Assembly: GCA_945482995.1 (NCBI GenBank)
Contig: CALYRM010000001.1
Location: 1,413 to 65,412 of the forward strand
Direction: 5' to 3'
Source of the DNA: an uncultured Clostridia bacterium
Lineage (GTDB): Bacteria; Bacillota; Clostridia; Christensenellales; CAG-1252
DNA length: 64,000 nt
A program made the translations under genes and the position numbers. This document shows, piece after piece, positions 53,952-61,117 of the stretch; position 1 is the stretch's first letter, and each line of letters starts with the position of its first letter. The notes beneath the pieces are model-generated. The model was not told where the DNA came from. It did no database searches and was given only the letters and a program-made list of their open reading frames with translations.

Positions 53952-54165
53952 CTCTATTCTCCTTACGTCTTTGCCTGCGATCGACAAAGAACACTTATAT
54001 ATAATATAATCTAACGCGCGAACGCACGATAATATGCGGGCGGTCAGTTTCTCACAATATATTATCGCATATCCGCCGTGTTTTGTCAATAATATGCGCG
54101 CTTAATTTTTAATTAAAATAGTGAAAAGTGTGTGAAACTATGTGAAAGTGTGTTACAATATCGTT
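53952..54165. promoter_or_regulatory. divergent control region between the giant gene and the signal peptidase gene, with repeated motifs
   Basis: SD AAGGAGA (53958-53964, minus). ATAATATGCG direct repeat at 54029-54038 and 54089-54098, with an inverted CGCATAT at 54066-54072. (T)GTGAAA x3 in 10-nt phase at 54121, 54131 and 54141. TGtTACAAT extended -10 (54151-54159) lies 6 nt before the ATG at 54166. AT-rich TATATATAATATAAT block at 53996-54010. Confidence 0.45.
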
Positions 54166-54852
54166 ATGAAACAAAAATCTCCCGCCGTTAAGTTCATAAT
54201 AGTAGCCATAGTTTGTTGCTTACTTGCGATACCCGTTGTTTTCTTCGGGATAACGCTGGTGAGATTTTTTTGGTTTAGACCTTTCGTCGTTGACGGCAAA
54301 AGTATGAGTCCGACCTTGAGCGACGGAGAACTTCGCTACTACGACGCGGTTGCCGAAATAGATTTTTACGACGTGTGCGTATTTTACCGTTCGTCCGACC
54401 CCGACTTTGTTCCGCCTGCAAAATTCGGCGCGAACCAATTTTTACGCAGTATGCCTTGGGGAACAAAAATCGCGCCGACGTCGAGCGAAACGCTATACGT
54501 CAAGCGCGTGGTAGGACTATCGGGCGATACCGTAGAATTACGAGCCGAAACCGTAGACGGCGTAAGTCGAATATTTTTGTATCGCAACCGAGAAAAAGTG
54601 GCGGAAGATTTTGTAATGATTGACGAAACGCAACTCGCCGACGACGTACGCACACCCGAAACCGAGCGTTTTATCGCCGACTTTATCGCCGAATACGGCG
54701 AGAACGCTTTGCACGTTATCGCGCCCCAACCCGCCGTCGTAGTCCCCGACGACTGTTATTACGTCTTGGGCGATAACCGCGATCACAGCGTAGATAGTCG
54801 TATATGGGGTGCTGTTAGCCGCAACAATTTTATCGGCAAAGTGCGTTTATAA
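54166..54852 (+). CDS. lepB: type I signal peptidase (S26, bacterial P-type Ser/Lys)
   Basis: N-terminal TM FIIVAIVCCLLAIPVVFFGI. Box B VDGKSMSPTL (catalytic Ser), box D YVKRVVGLSGD (catalytic Lys), box E GDNRDHSVDSRIWG. ATG 54166 is preferred to GTG 54142 from the ORF track. Neither has an SD. Confidence 0.85.
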   Translation: MKQKSPAVKFIIVAIVCCLLAIPVVFFGITLVRFFWFRPFVVDGKSMSPTLSDGELRYYDAVAEIDFYDVCVFYRSSDPDFVPPAKFGANQFLRSMPWGTKIAPTSSETLYVKRVVGLSGDTVELRAETVDGVSRIFLYRNREKVAEDFVMIDETQLADDVRTPETERFIADFIAEYGENALHVIAPQPAVVVPDDCYYVLGDNRDHSVDSRIWGAVSRNNFIGKVRL

Positions 54853-54860
54853 TCCCCCTA

Positions 54861-54940
54861 CACCCCGTCATTTCGACCAACATGGAAAAATCTCAACCAT
54901 CACCTTGTCATTTCGACAGAAGTGGAGAAATCCAATCCTT
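54861..54940. repeat. two tandem copies of a 40-nt unit containing GTCATTTCGAC...TGGA(A/G)AAATC
   Basis: 54861-54900 caccccgtcatttcgaccaacatggaaaaatctcaaccat versus 54901-54940 caccttgtcatttcgacagaagtggagaaatccaatcctt, about three quarters identical. Intergenic, between convergent genes. Confidence 0.6.
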
Positions 54941-54946
54941 ACAAAA

Positions 54947-54980
54947 TAAAAAGGGAACTGCTTTGCAATTCCCTTTTTTG
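54947..54980. terminator. bidirectional rho-independent terminator between the convergent lepB and clp fragment
   Basis: AAAAAGGGAA-ctgctttgca-(a)TTCCCTTTTTT: 7-bp GC-containing stem (54951-54957 / 54969-54975) with an A-run upstream and a T-run downstream. Confidence 0.7.
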
Positions 54981-54995
54981 CAATCTTGCAATATT

Positions 54996-55904
54996 TTACT
55001 CTATCGCCAATTGATTATCTCTAACTATCAACGTTACCTTGCTAAACGGTTTGGGATTGTTTTCGATAATATATTTTGCGATAAGCGTTTCAACCGTCGT
55101 TTCTATATACCTTCTCATAGGTCTTGCGCCGTATTCGGCGTTATAACCTTCTTTTTTGATTTTTTCAAACGCCATATCGGTTACCACAAGTTCGAGATTC
55201 ATTTCTTTTAATCTCAATTTTAGATTATCGAGCATCAAGCGACCGATTTTGGTTATTTCTTCTTCGCCCAACGGGTTGAAGTATATTATTTCGTCGAGTC
55301 TGTTCAAAAATTCGGGACGGAATTTTTCTTTCAGAAGCATATTCATATTGTCGTTCAATTCTTTTTGGTTGCGATAGTTGAGCATATACTCCGAGCCTAA
55401 ATTGGACGTCATAATAATTATCGTGTTTTTGAAATCTACCGTTTTGCCCAAACTGTCGGTTACTCTGCCGTCGTCCAAAATTTGCAGCATTAGGTTGAAG
55501 ACGTCCGGGTTCGCTTTTTCGATTTCGTCGAACAGTACTACCGAATAAGGTTTTCTGCGGACTGCTTCCGTCAAAACGCCGCCTTCTTCGTAACCCACGT
55601 ATCCCGGAGGCGCGCCGATCAAACGAGATACCGAGAATCTTTCCATATATTCGGACATATCGATTCTGATAATGTTTTTATCGTCGTCGAAAAGTATTTG
55701 AGCCAAAGCCTTCGCCAGTTCTGTTTTGCCTACGCCCGTAGGCCCCAAAAACATAAAACTACCGATAGGTTTGTTAGGGTTTTGAATACCTGCTCTCGCC
55801 CTTAATATCGCGTCGCTAACCTTTTTGACCGCTTCTTTTTGACCTATAACTCTCTTTGACAATTCGTCTTCGAGATGCAAAACTTTTTCTCTTTCGCCGA
55901 CCAT
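54996..55904 (-). pseudogene. 3' fragment (second AAA+ module, D2) of a clpB/clpC-type chaperone gene, with the 5' two thirds missing
   Basis: ...GEREKVLHLEDELSKRVIGQKEAVKKVSDAILRARAGIQNPNKPIGSFMFLGPTGVGKTELAKALA...SRLIGAPPGYVGYEEGG.LTEAVRRKPYSVVLFDEIEKANPDVFN..LQILDDGR.TD..G..VDF.NT.IIMTSN is the canonical ClpB/ClpC D2 sequence. Only 302 codons are present, with no D1 or N-domain. Host-like CpG-rich composition. Confidence 0.8.
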
Positions 55905-57862
55905 TGCAGAATAAAGTTGTTGAGTGAAGAGAACTCGCTGTAAATATTCGCTTTCGTATAGTCGATGATGCTTTCTTGCCGCAAGAGCTTTCCGTCCGTA
56001 TCGTATACCGCGACCATTTTCTGCAAAATAGAAACTTTACAGCCCCTGCTATCTACCACGTATTTGTGTTTTGGTTCTGTAGGCGGAGGAGGCATTATAA
56101 CCGTATCGCCGCCCGCTGGAGCTTTTGGTTCGACATGGCGAAATTCTTCATCCTGTTCAATCGGTCCGTCCCAATCAGGATCTGCGAATAGACGAGTAAC
56201 GCCGCGAAAATCCATAATGGTGAAATGCGTTTTCCCGTCATCCCAACGAAGTCTTGTGCCACGACCGATGATTTGTTTGAACTCGGTCATAGAACCGATC
56301 ATTTCATCGATTACGATCAACTTAACCATTTTGCAATCGGCACCGGTAGAGAGAAGTTTCGACGTTGTCGCTATTACCGGATATTTTGCAGAAACAGAAA
56401 TGAAATAGTCCAACTTGCTCTTGCCGTAATCGTCGCTTCCGGTGATACGAACAATATAGTCCGGATCTTTTGCGCACATATCGGCGTTCAATTTGGTCAA
56501 TGCAACGCGCATACGCTCCGCCGCATCTTCCGTAGCACAGAATACAATAGTCTTTGCCATCCTATCGGTTGCTTTGAGATAATTGGTTATCTCGTTTGCA
56601 ACCATGTCGATTCGGTCCTGAATGATGATATTGTAATCATAATCACTGTTATTATAAATACGATCTTCGATTTCGTAGCCGAAAATATCCCGCTGACCTT
56701 TACGAGGACGCCATTCATCGTCGATATCGGTTTTTATGCGTATCACCTTAAACGGCGCAAGAAAGCCGTCGTCAATTCCTTCTTTCAAGCTGTATTTATA
56801 AATCGGCTCGCCGAAATAATCGATATTGGAAATATAACTCGTTTCTTTCGGCGTTGCTGTCATACCGATTTGGGTTGCAGAAGAAAAATATTCCAGCACC
56901 TTACGCCAGCGACTTTCCTCTTTGGCGCTGCCACGGTGACACTCGTCCACAATGACGAGGTCAAAGAAATCTTTATCGAACAGTTGCTTATAGTGGGCAA
57001 GCGTTTCTTCGTCCGTCTCTTCTTCCGTTGTTTTATTCCCAACTAATTGTTGGTAGAGGGAGAAGTAGACCTGATGCGAAGTGATCGTCGTTCTGTCGTC
57101 TTTTGCAAAATTGATTTTATGTATTACCTTTTCAAGAGGCTTAAAATCTCCGCTGATGGTTTGATCGACGAGGTTGTTCCGATCGGCAAGATAGAGAATT
57201 TTCTGTTTCATACCGCTTTGCAATAAGCGATAGACGATTTGAAAAGCCGTATAAGTTTTTCCCGTGCCCGTTGCCATAACAAGAAGAATACGTTGCTGTC
57301 CTTTTGCTATCACCTCTATGCTGCGATTAACAGCAACTTGCTGATAATATCTCGGCGGATATGTGTTTTGGCTGGTGTAATAAGGTTGATTGATAAGTGC
57401 AAATTCAGTTTCAGATAAACCTTGTCCGCCGTTGATTTCACTTTGATAGCGGGCGAAAAGCTCTTCGGGAGAAGGAAAACTATCTAATGTAATTTCTCTC
57501 TCGATTCCGGTAAGAAAGTCAAACTCTTGAAAGGCGTCTCCGTTCGAACTGTATGCAAAAGGAACGTCCAGCATTTGAGCATAAACTTTTGCCTGCTGCA
57601 TACCGAAAGATACGCTGTGGTTATTGTCTTTGGCTTCTACGATAGCGATAGGATAATTCTTATTGAGGAAGAGTATATAGTCCGCTTTTTTCGGAGATTC
57701 ACGGCTGACCAAATTACCACGGAGATTTATTTTGCCGTCTGTAAACTGAACCTTGGTCTCCATAGTGATTTTATCTTTCCAGCCTTTTGCCAGAATAGCG
57801 GGCGTGATATAGTTTAACTTAATATCTTCCTCAGTCATTTGTTTTTTATCGAGTATGCTCAT
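55844..57862 (-). CDS. HsdR-like (COG4096/EcoEI-type) nuclease-helicase, apparently 3'-truncated and running into clp sequence
   Basis: N-terminal PD-(D/E)xK region ADYILFLNKNYPIAIVEAKD. SF2 motifs VMATGTGKTYT, IVDECHRG, GMTATP, QIIGRGTRL. GGGAGG RBS. The last ~20 codons (…WSAKEKKFCISKTNCQREL*) are read from the clp fragment in another frame. No hsdM or hsdS in the window. Confidence 0.7.
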   Translation of the reverse strand: MSILDKKQMTEEDIKLNYITPAILAKGWKDKITMETKVQFTDGKINLRGNLVSRESPKKADYILFLNKNYPIAIVEAKDNNHSVSFGMQQAKVYAQMLDVPFAYSSNGDAFQEFDFLTGIEREITLDSFPSPEELFARYQSEINGGQGLSETEFALINQPYYTSQNTYPPRYYQQVAVNRSIEVIAKGQQRILLVMATGTGKTYTAFQIVYRLLQSGMKQKILYLADRNNLVDQTISGDFKPLEKVIHKINFAKDDRTTITSHQVYFSLYQQLVGNKTTEEETDEETLAHYKQLFDKDFFDLVIVDECHRGSAKEESRWRKVLEYFSSATQIGMTATPKETSYISNIDYFGEPIYKYSLKEGIDDGFLAPFKVIRIKTDIDDEWRPRKGQRDIFGYEIEDRIYNNSDYDYNIIIQDRIDMVANEITNYLKATDRMAKTIVFCATEDAAERMRVALTKLNADMCAKDPDYIVRITGSDDYGKSKLDYFISVSAKYPVIATTSKLLSTGADCKMVKLIVIDEMIGSMTEFKQIIGRGTRLRWDDGKTHFTIMDFRGVTRLFADPDWDGPIEQDEEFRHVEPKAPAGGDTVIMPPPPTEPKHKYVVDSRGCKVSILQKMVAVYDTDGKLLRQESIIDYTKANIYSEFSSLNNFILQWSAKEKKFCISKTNCQREL

Positions 57863-57930
57863 AGTTAAGCCTCCCGTGATTTGTTTATGTTCCGATAATT
57901 TTTTATTATCGGAAGTTGTAGGGTAAAAAA

Positions 57931-59283
57931 TTATTTTTGTGACTTAAACGGTGTTATTACCATAGCTTCTTCCGTTTCAATTTGTCGTTTTCTATCAAAA
58001 GAAGCAACCACAATAAAAGAAACTGTATCTCCAACTTTAAGTAAGTCACTTTTCCCAAAGAAATTTTTAAATTGAAAGTAGTATGATTTATCTGCCTGTA
58101 TAAAACCACCTATTTTATTGGGAAATAACTTATTGACTTTCCCTTGTTTACTGCCCACTAATTGATATAGTTTGTGAATCCAATTTTTCCTTATTTCTTT
58201 AAAAGCGACATCTCTTTCATCAGTAATCTTTCGATTTAGCCGATCTTGTACGGACCAATCATTGTTCAGCCGAATTTGTCGTGCGAATAAAAAGTTATCC
58301 TGTGCAAAAGATTTATCACCGAGCTCGTTAAGTAAATCTCCAATCGATTCTATTAAAGATACTTTCATTTTCTCGGGATCTTTAGTACAAGCAGCTCGCA
58401 ACATATACACTAAAGCAGTTTTGGGTTGATTTAGTTGACTATAAAACTTTCCTATTTCATAGAGCAAAAACCATTTGTCACTAACAACGATTAACTTTTC
58501 AAGTTTTTTAATTGCATCTTCAATGTTGCCTAATGCGCCCAAAGCAATTGCTATTTTTCTTGAAAACCATACCTCGTTACTATAATGAAAGGATTCAAGT
58601 GTTTCTATTGCTTCATTACAACATATAATGCATTCCTCATATTGTTTATTTTTAATTAAAAAATCTGATTTTAGTTTATAGAAATCTTCTTTTTGAGAAG
58701 ATAGCTCTCTTGCTTTTCCTGCTGGATCAGTGTAATGACGTGGTTCGGAAGATAAAAGCGACGGATTAATCTTATTAATTAGAAATAGGCTTTTACCGTA
58801 ATCAACAGATTCGCTGATTTTACTTAACTGGTTTAGAACGTTTAACACACAATACGAAAAAGAAGGTGCGTGGGACTCATTTTGATTGAGCAATTCGTCT
58901 AACAAAATTAGCTTATCTAAAACTATCCCCGAATACTGATAATTTGGCTGTCGTATGGTTTTGACATATTTGTCGCTTATAATCCACGCCAAAAGATTTT
59001 TAATATATGAAAATGGACGATCTGATTCTTGAGATAAATCTTTATCTTTGAATTCAGAATAGATGTTTTCACATATAAGCTCGGCTTCATCAAGTTTATT
59101 GAGCTTTTTTAAACAATTAGCATATTGGTGAACATCCCATAATTCATGAGTTTCTGGGAATGCCTCATATAATTCTTTACATAAAGGCAATGCTTCTTCA
59201 TATTGCTGCAAAGAAGGTGCGCCTTCACGCAAAAGTCTTTTTGTTGTATTCCGAATTTCTAAATATGTCATATCGTTACTCAA
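57931..59283 (-). CDS. TPR-like helical-repeat protein with a C-terminal cold-shock/OB-fold-like domain
   Basis: ~450 aa. Helical repeat content (…YEEALPLCKELYEAF…, KQYEECIICCNEAIETL, NIEDAIKKLEKLIVV, YEIGKFYSQLNQPKTALVYMLRA). C-terminus GKVNKLFPNKIGGFIQADKSYYFQFKNFF....LKVGDTVSFIVV resembles CSD (G.V.....GFI......(V/Y)F.H......L..G..V.F). Start is either TTG 59283 (abutting the TIR-like stop) or ATG 59271. Confidence 0.6.
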   Translation of the reverse strand: MSNDMTYLEIRNTTKRLLREGAPSLQQYEEALPLCKELYEAFPETHELWDVHQYANCLKKLNKLDEAELICENIYSEFKDKDLSQESDRPFSYIKNLLAWIISDKYVKTIRQPNYQYSGIVLDKLILLDELLNQNESHAPSFSYCVLNVLNQLSKISESVDYGKSLFLINKINPSLLSSEPRHYTDPAGKARELSSQKEDFYKLKSDFLIKNKQYEECIICCNEAIETLESFHYSNEVWFSRKIAIALGALGNIEDAIKKLEKLIVVSDKWFLLYEIGKFYSQLNQPKTALVYMLRAACTKDPEKMKVSLIESIGDLLNELGDKSFAQDNFLFARQIRLNNDWSVQDRLNRKITDERDVAFKEIRKNWIHKLYQLVGSKQGKVNKLFPNKIGGFIQADKSYYFQFKNFFGKSDLLKVGDTVSFIVVASFDRKRQIETEEAMVITPFKSQK

Positions 59284-59931
59284 TTAAAGTTTTTTATTGT
59301 CAATATTATAACCTTGATTCGAGAGTTCTTTTACTAAACTGACTGTAACATCATCAACTCTATTACTAAACGGGATGTATATTAATCCCTGAATATCTGA
59401 TGGCTTTTCAAAGTCTCTATCTTCTTTCAATAATATAGCAACCTTATCTCTGCCTAATTTAGATAAAAACATTCCAAGTTCTAAAACAACATTTTGCCGT
59501 ACTCTTTTTTTAGTCGATGGTTCAGATACTGACTTGCCTTCATCGTCAGGAGTTGCGAGAACAATAGCATATTGTACTTCTTTTGAATACTCTTCTAATT
59601 TTTCTATGATAGTTTGACCAGCAGATACCTGTTGGTCAAGGATTATAGGCTCAAGATCCCAACGTCTAAGCATAGCTTCTAATTGAGTTCTTGCTATATC
59701 ATCATGTCCATAAACAACAAAAATTTTTCTCTTTACTGAATTGCATATTTTACCATCTAACAAATCCTTTACTTCTTGCGCATTCTTACCTTGAACATTA
59801 TGATTTCCATTATTAAAGCAGTTGATTATAGCACCATTATTTAGTCTTAAACAAACACCTGTCGCTTTAGTTTCTTCGCTAATAACTGTATACTTCCTGT
59901 CGATAATTTTCAAAATTTGCTCTTTATTCAT
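59284..59931 (-). CDS. CAP12/PCTIR-type TIR-like domain protein (predicted nucleotide-binding/NADase-type effector)
   Basis: RKIFVVYGHDDIARTQLEAMLRRWDLEPIILDQQVSAGQTIIEKLEEYSKEVQYAIVLATPDDEG...RVRQNVVLELGMFLSKLGRDKVAILLKE..EKPSDIQGLIYIPF. This matches the pattern I know for the 'predicted nucleotide-binding protein containing TIR-like domain' family (kVFIVHGhd...fAvvLlTpDD...RaRQNVifElGyf.gkLGr.rV..l....e.PSD..G). An unassigned N-terminal domain of ~65 aa precedes it. Confidence 0.7.
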   Translation of the reverse strand: MNKEQILKIIDRKYTVISEETKATGVCLRLNNGAIINCFNNGNHNVQGKNAQEVKDLLDGKICNSVKRKIFVVYGHDDIARTQLEAMLRRWDLEPIILDQQVSAGQTIIEKLEEYSKEVQYAIVLATPDDEGKSVSEPSTKKRVRQNVVLELGMFLSKLGRDKVAILLKEDRDFEKPSDIQGLIYIPFSNRVDDVTVSLVKELSNQGYNIDNKKL

Positions 59932-59945
59932 TTTATAACTCCTTT

Positions 59946-60776
59946 TTATTTTCTAAAAATATCATCCAACGTCTTTCCGTCTTTATTTTTCCATTCAGTC
60001 CAACCGTTTGTTGAGCCGCCGAGAACAAAATCGCTCCCCCCGCTCGGCGTATTAAATTCCAACGTGGTTTTCAGGATATAAATGCCGTTCTCCAAGGCAA
60101 TATCGCCGTTAGAATGCAATTCCGTTCTTTGTTTATTGTATTTTTCAAGGCTTGTCGGTTTCGTTATATTGATTTGAGAGCCTTCCAAAACCTGAAATTT
60201 GTCCCCGTCATAAACACCGTAAGCAAGAATACCGTTTCTCGTTGTATGGAATATCTCGCGATTATCGTTACTCTGTTTTGCATCGTCCATTTTATATCCG
60301 AGAGTAGCCATTACGAATTGAATTTCGTCATAGACTTCTTCGATAGAGGGAAGGTCATATTCGTCGATTTCATATTTGGGACGAACAGAGTTTTCTACTT
60401 TATATCGCTTTGATTCGTGTGCTTTGATGATAGCATATTCTTCAAGACCGCTTATCATATCGAGAGAAAAAGTCTTATTATCGGCAAGGAACATAATAGC
60501 CTTATTCCAAAAATCTTTGGAACGATTGTGATCGTCGAGGCGAGTAACGCCGTTTCTGGTCTGTCCAATGTAAATCTGAGCAATTTTATTTTCGTCGTTT
60601 TCGTGAATCAAATAGTATATGCCCGGTCTGGTAATCCCTGAAATTTTCTTTGCTTCAGACAGTAAGGGGCGAGGGATAACATATGTAGTTATAGTGGACA
60701 AATGACGACGGATAGAACGAATGCCGTCGGGTTGTCCGTTATAATAAATCGTTTCGAGTTTCTTGCTAGTAGACAT
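59946..60776 (-). CDS. GIY-YIG nuclease-like protein with C-terminal DUF4357-type domain
   Basis: PGIYYLIHE...IYIGQTRNGVTRLDDH...FW...E.Y (GIY / YIG / R / E motifs). The C-terminal GILAYGVYDGDKFQVLEGSQI...SGGSDFVLGGSTNGWTEWKNKDGKTLDDI is typical of the DUF4357 domain often found next to type I R-M genes. Confidence 0.65.
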   Translation of the reverse strand: MSTSKKLETIYYNGQPDGIRSIRRHLSTITTYVIPRPLLSEAKKISGITRPGIYYLIHENDENKIAQIYIGQTRNGVTRLDDHNRSKDFWNKAIMFLADNKTFSLDMISGLEEYAIIKAHESKRYKVENSVRPKYEIDEYDLPSIEEVYDEIQFVMATLGYKMDDAKQSNDNREIFHTTRNGILAYGVYDGDKFQVLEGSQINITKPTSLEKYNKQRTELHSNGDIALENGIYILKTTLEFNTPSGGSDFVLGGSTNGWTEWKNKDGKTLDDIFRK

Positions 60777-60788
60777 ATCTTTTCCCCC

Positions 60789-60980
60789 TTAATCGTCAAA
60801 CTTAATGCCTTTACTTTCGCAAAATGCGTAAAATTTGCCTTGGGAAACGATTTGCGGTTCGCGGTTTTCCTTTTCCCAACGGCAAATGGTGGCGTAGGAA
60901 ACGCCGAGTTCTTTTGCGAGCGCTTCCTGTGTCAGAAGCAGTTTCATTCTTGCATATTTCACTTTTTCGGAAAATTTCAT
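60789..60980 (-). CDS. XRE-family helix-turn-helix transcriptional regulator
   Basis: MKFSEKVKYARMKLLLTQEALAKELGVSYATICRWEKENREP. The ATG at 60980 is preceded by GAGGTG. The ORF-track start at 60992 lacks an RBS. Confidence 0.8.
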   Translation of the reverse strand: MKFSEKVKYARMKLLLTQEALAKELGVSYATICRWEKENREPQIVSQGKFYAFCESKGIKFDD

Positions 60981-61117
60981 TTTACACCTCATTAAGCGTC
61001 CGAATTTTAATCAGTTTTAGAATGTTCCCACAATCTTTCAGGGGCGAATAATCGCCTGATTTAAGCAATTCAACGTGTTTATCACAGTTTTTGTAACCTG
61101 CTGATATACTTTATTGT

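Noticed and set aside
18342-53885. Dozens of long plus-strand ORFs antisense to the giant gene (e.g. 27294..29057 587 aa, 35310..36923 537 aa, 25143..26543 466 aa, 30 others >150 aa)
   Set aside because: They are shadow ORFs. Their translations are R/V/I/F-rich low complexity, have no motifs and no RBS, and mirror the repeat period of the minus strand. The minus-strand frame is continuous and full of recognisable domains. The giant gene's codon usage seldom uses codons whose complement is a stop.
53924-53930. A7 homopolymer in codons 8-10 of the giant gene as a phase-variation switch
   Set aside because: Seven bases is shorter than typical slipped-strand switches, and it simply encodes KK in a K-rich signal n-region. 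There is no supporting evidence in a single sequence.
53952-54089. 46-codon N-terminal extension of the giant ORF from TTG 54089 (ORF-track start)
   Set aside because: No RBS, and the encoded peptide (MTKHGGYAIIYCEKLTARILSC...) is not signal-like. It also overlaps the motif-rich promoter region. ATG 53951 has a consensus SD and is followed immediately by a signal/anchor sequence.
54166-54852. Idea that the adjacent peptidase is a SipW orthologue
   Set aside because: It has the bacterial P-type boxes (SMSPTL, KRVVGLSGD, GDNRDHSVDSR) with a Ser/Lys dyad, not the ER-type SipW signature. I keep only the functional analogy as a hypothesis.
54882-55211. 109-aa plus-strand ORF
   Set aside because: It spans the 40-nt repeats and the bidirectional terminator, then runs antisense to the clp fragment. 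No RBS, and an implausible sequence.
55905-55990. Weak continuation of clp-like sequence upstream of the junction (…EYLQRVLFTQQLYSAM… compared with …IAEVVSRWTGIPVSKM…)
   Set aside because: The resemblance is marginal and overlaps the well-supported HsdR-like frame. It cannot be distinguished from chance without an alignment score.
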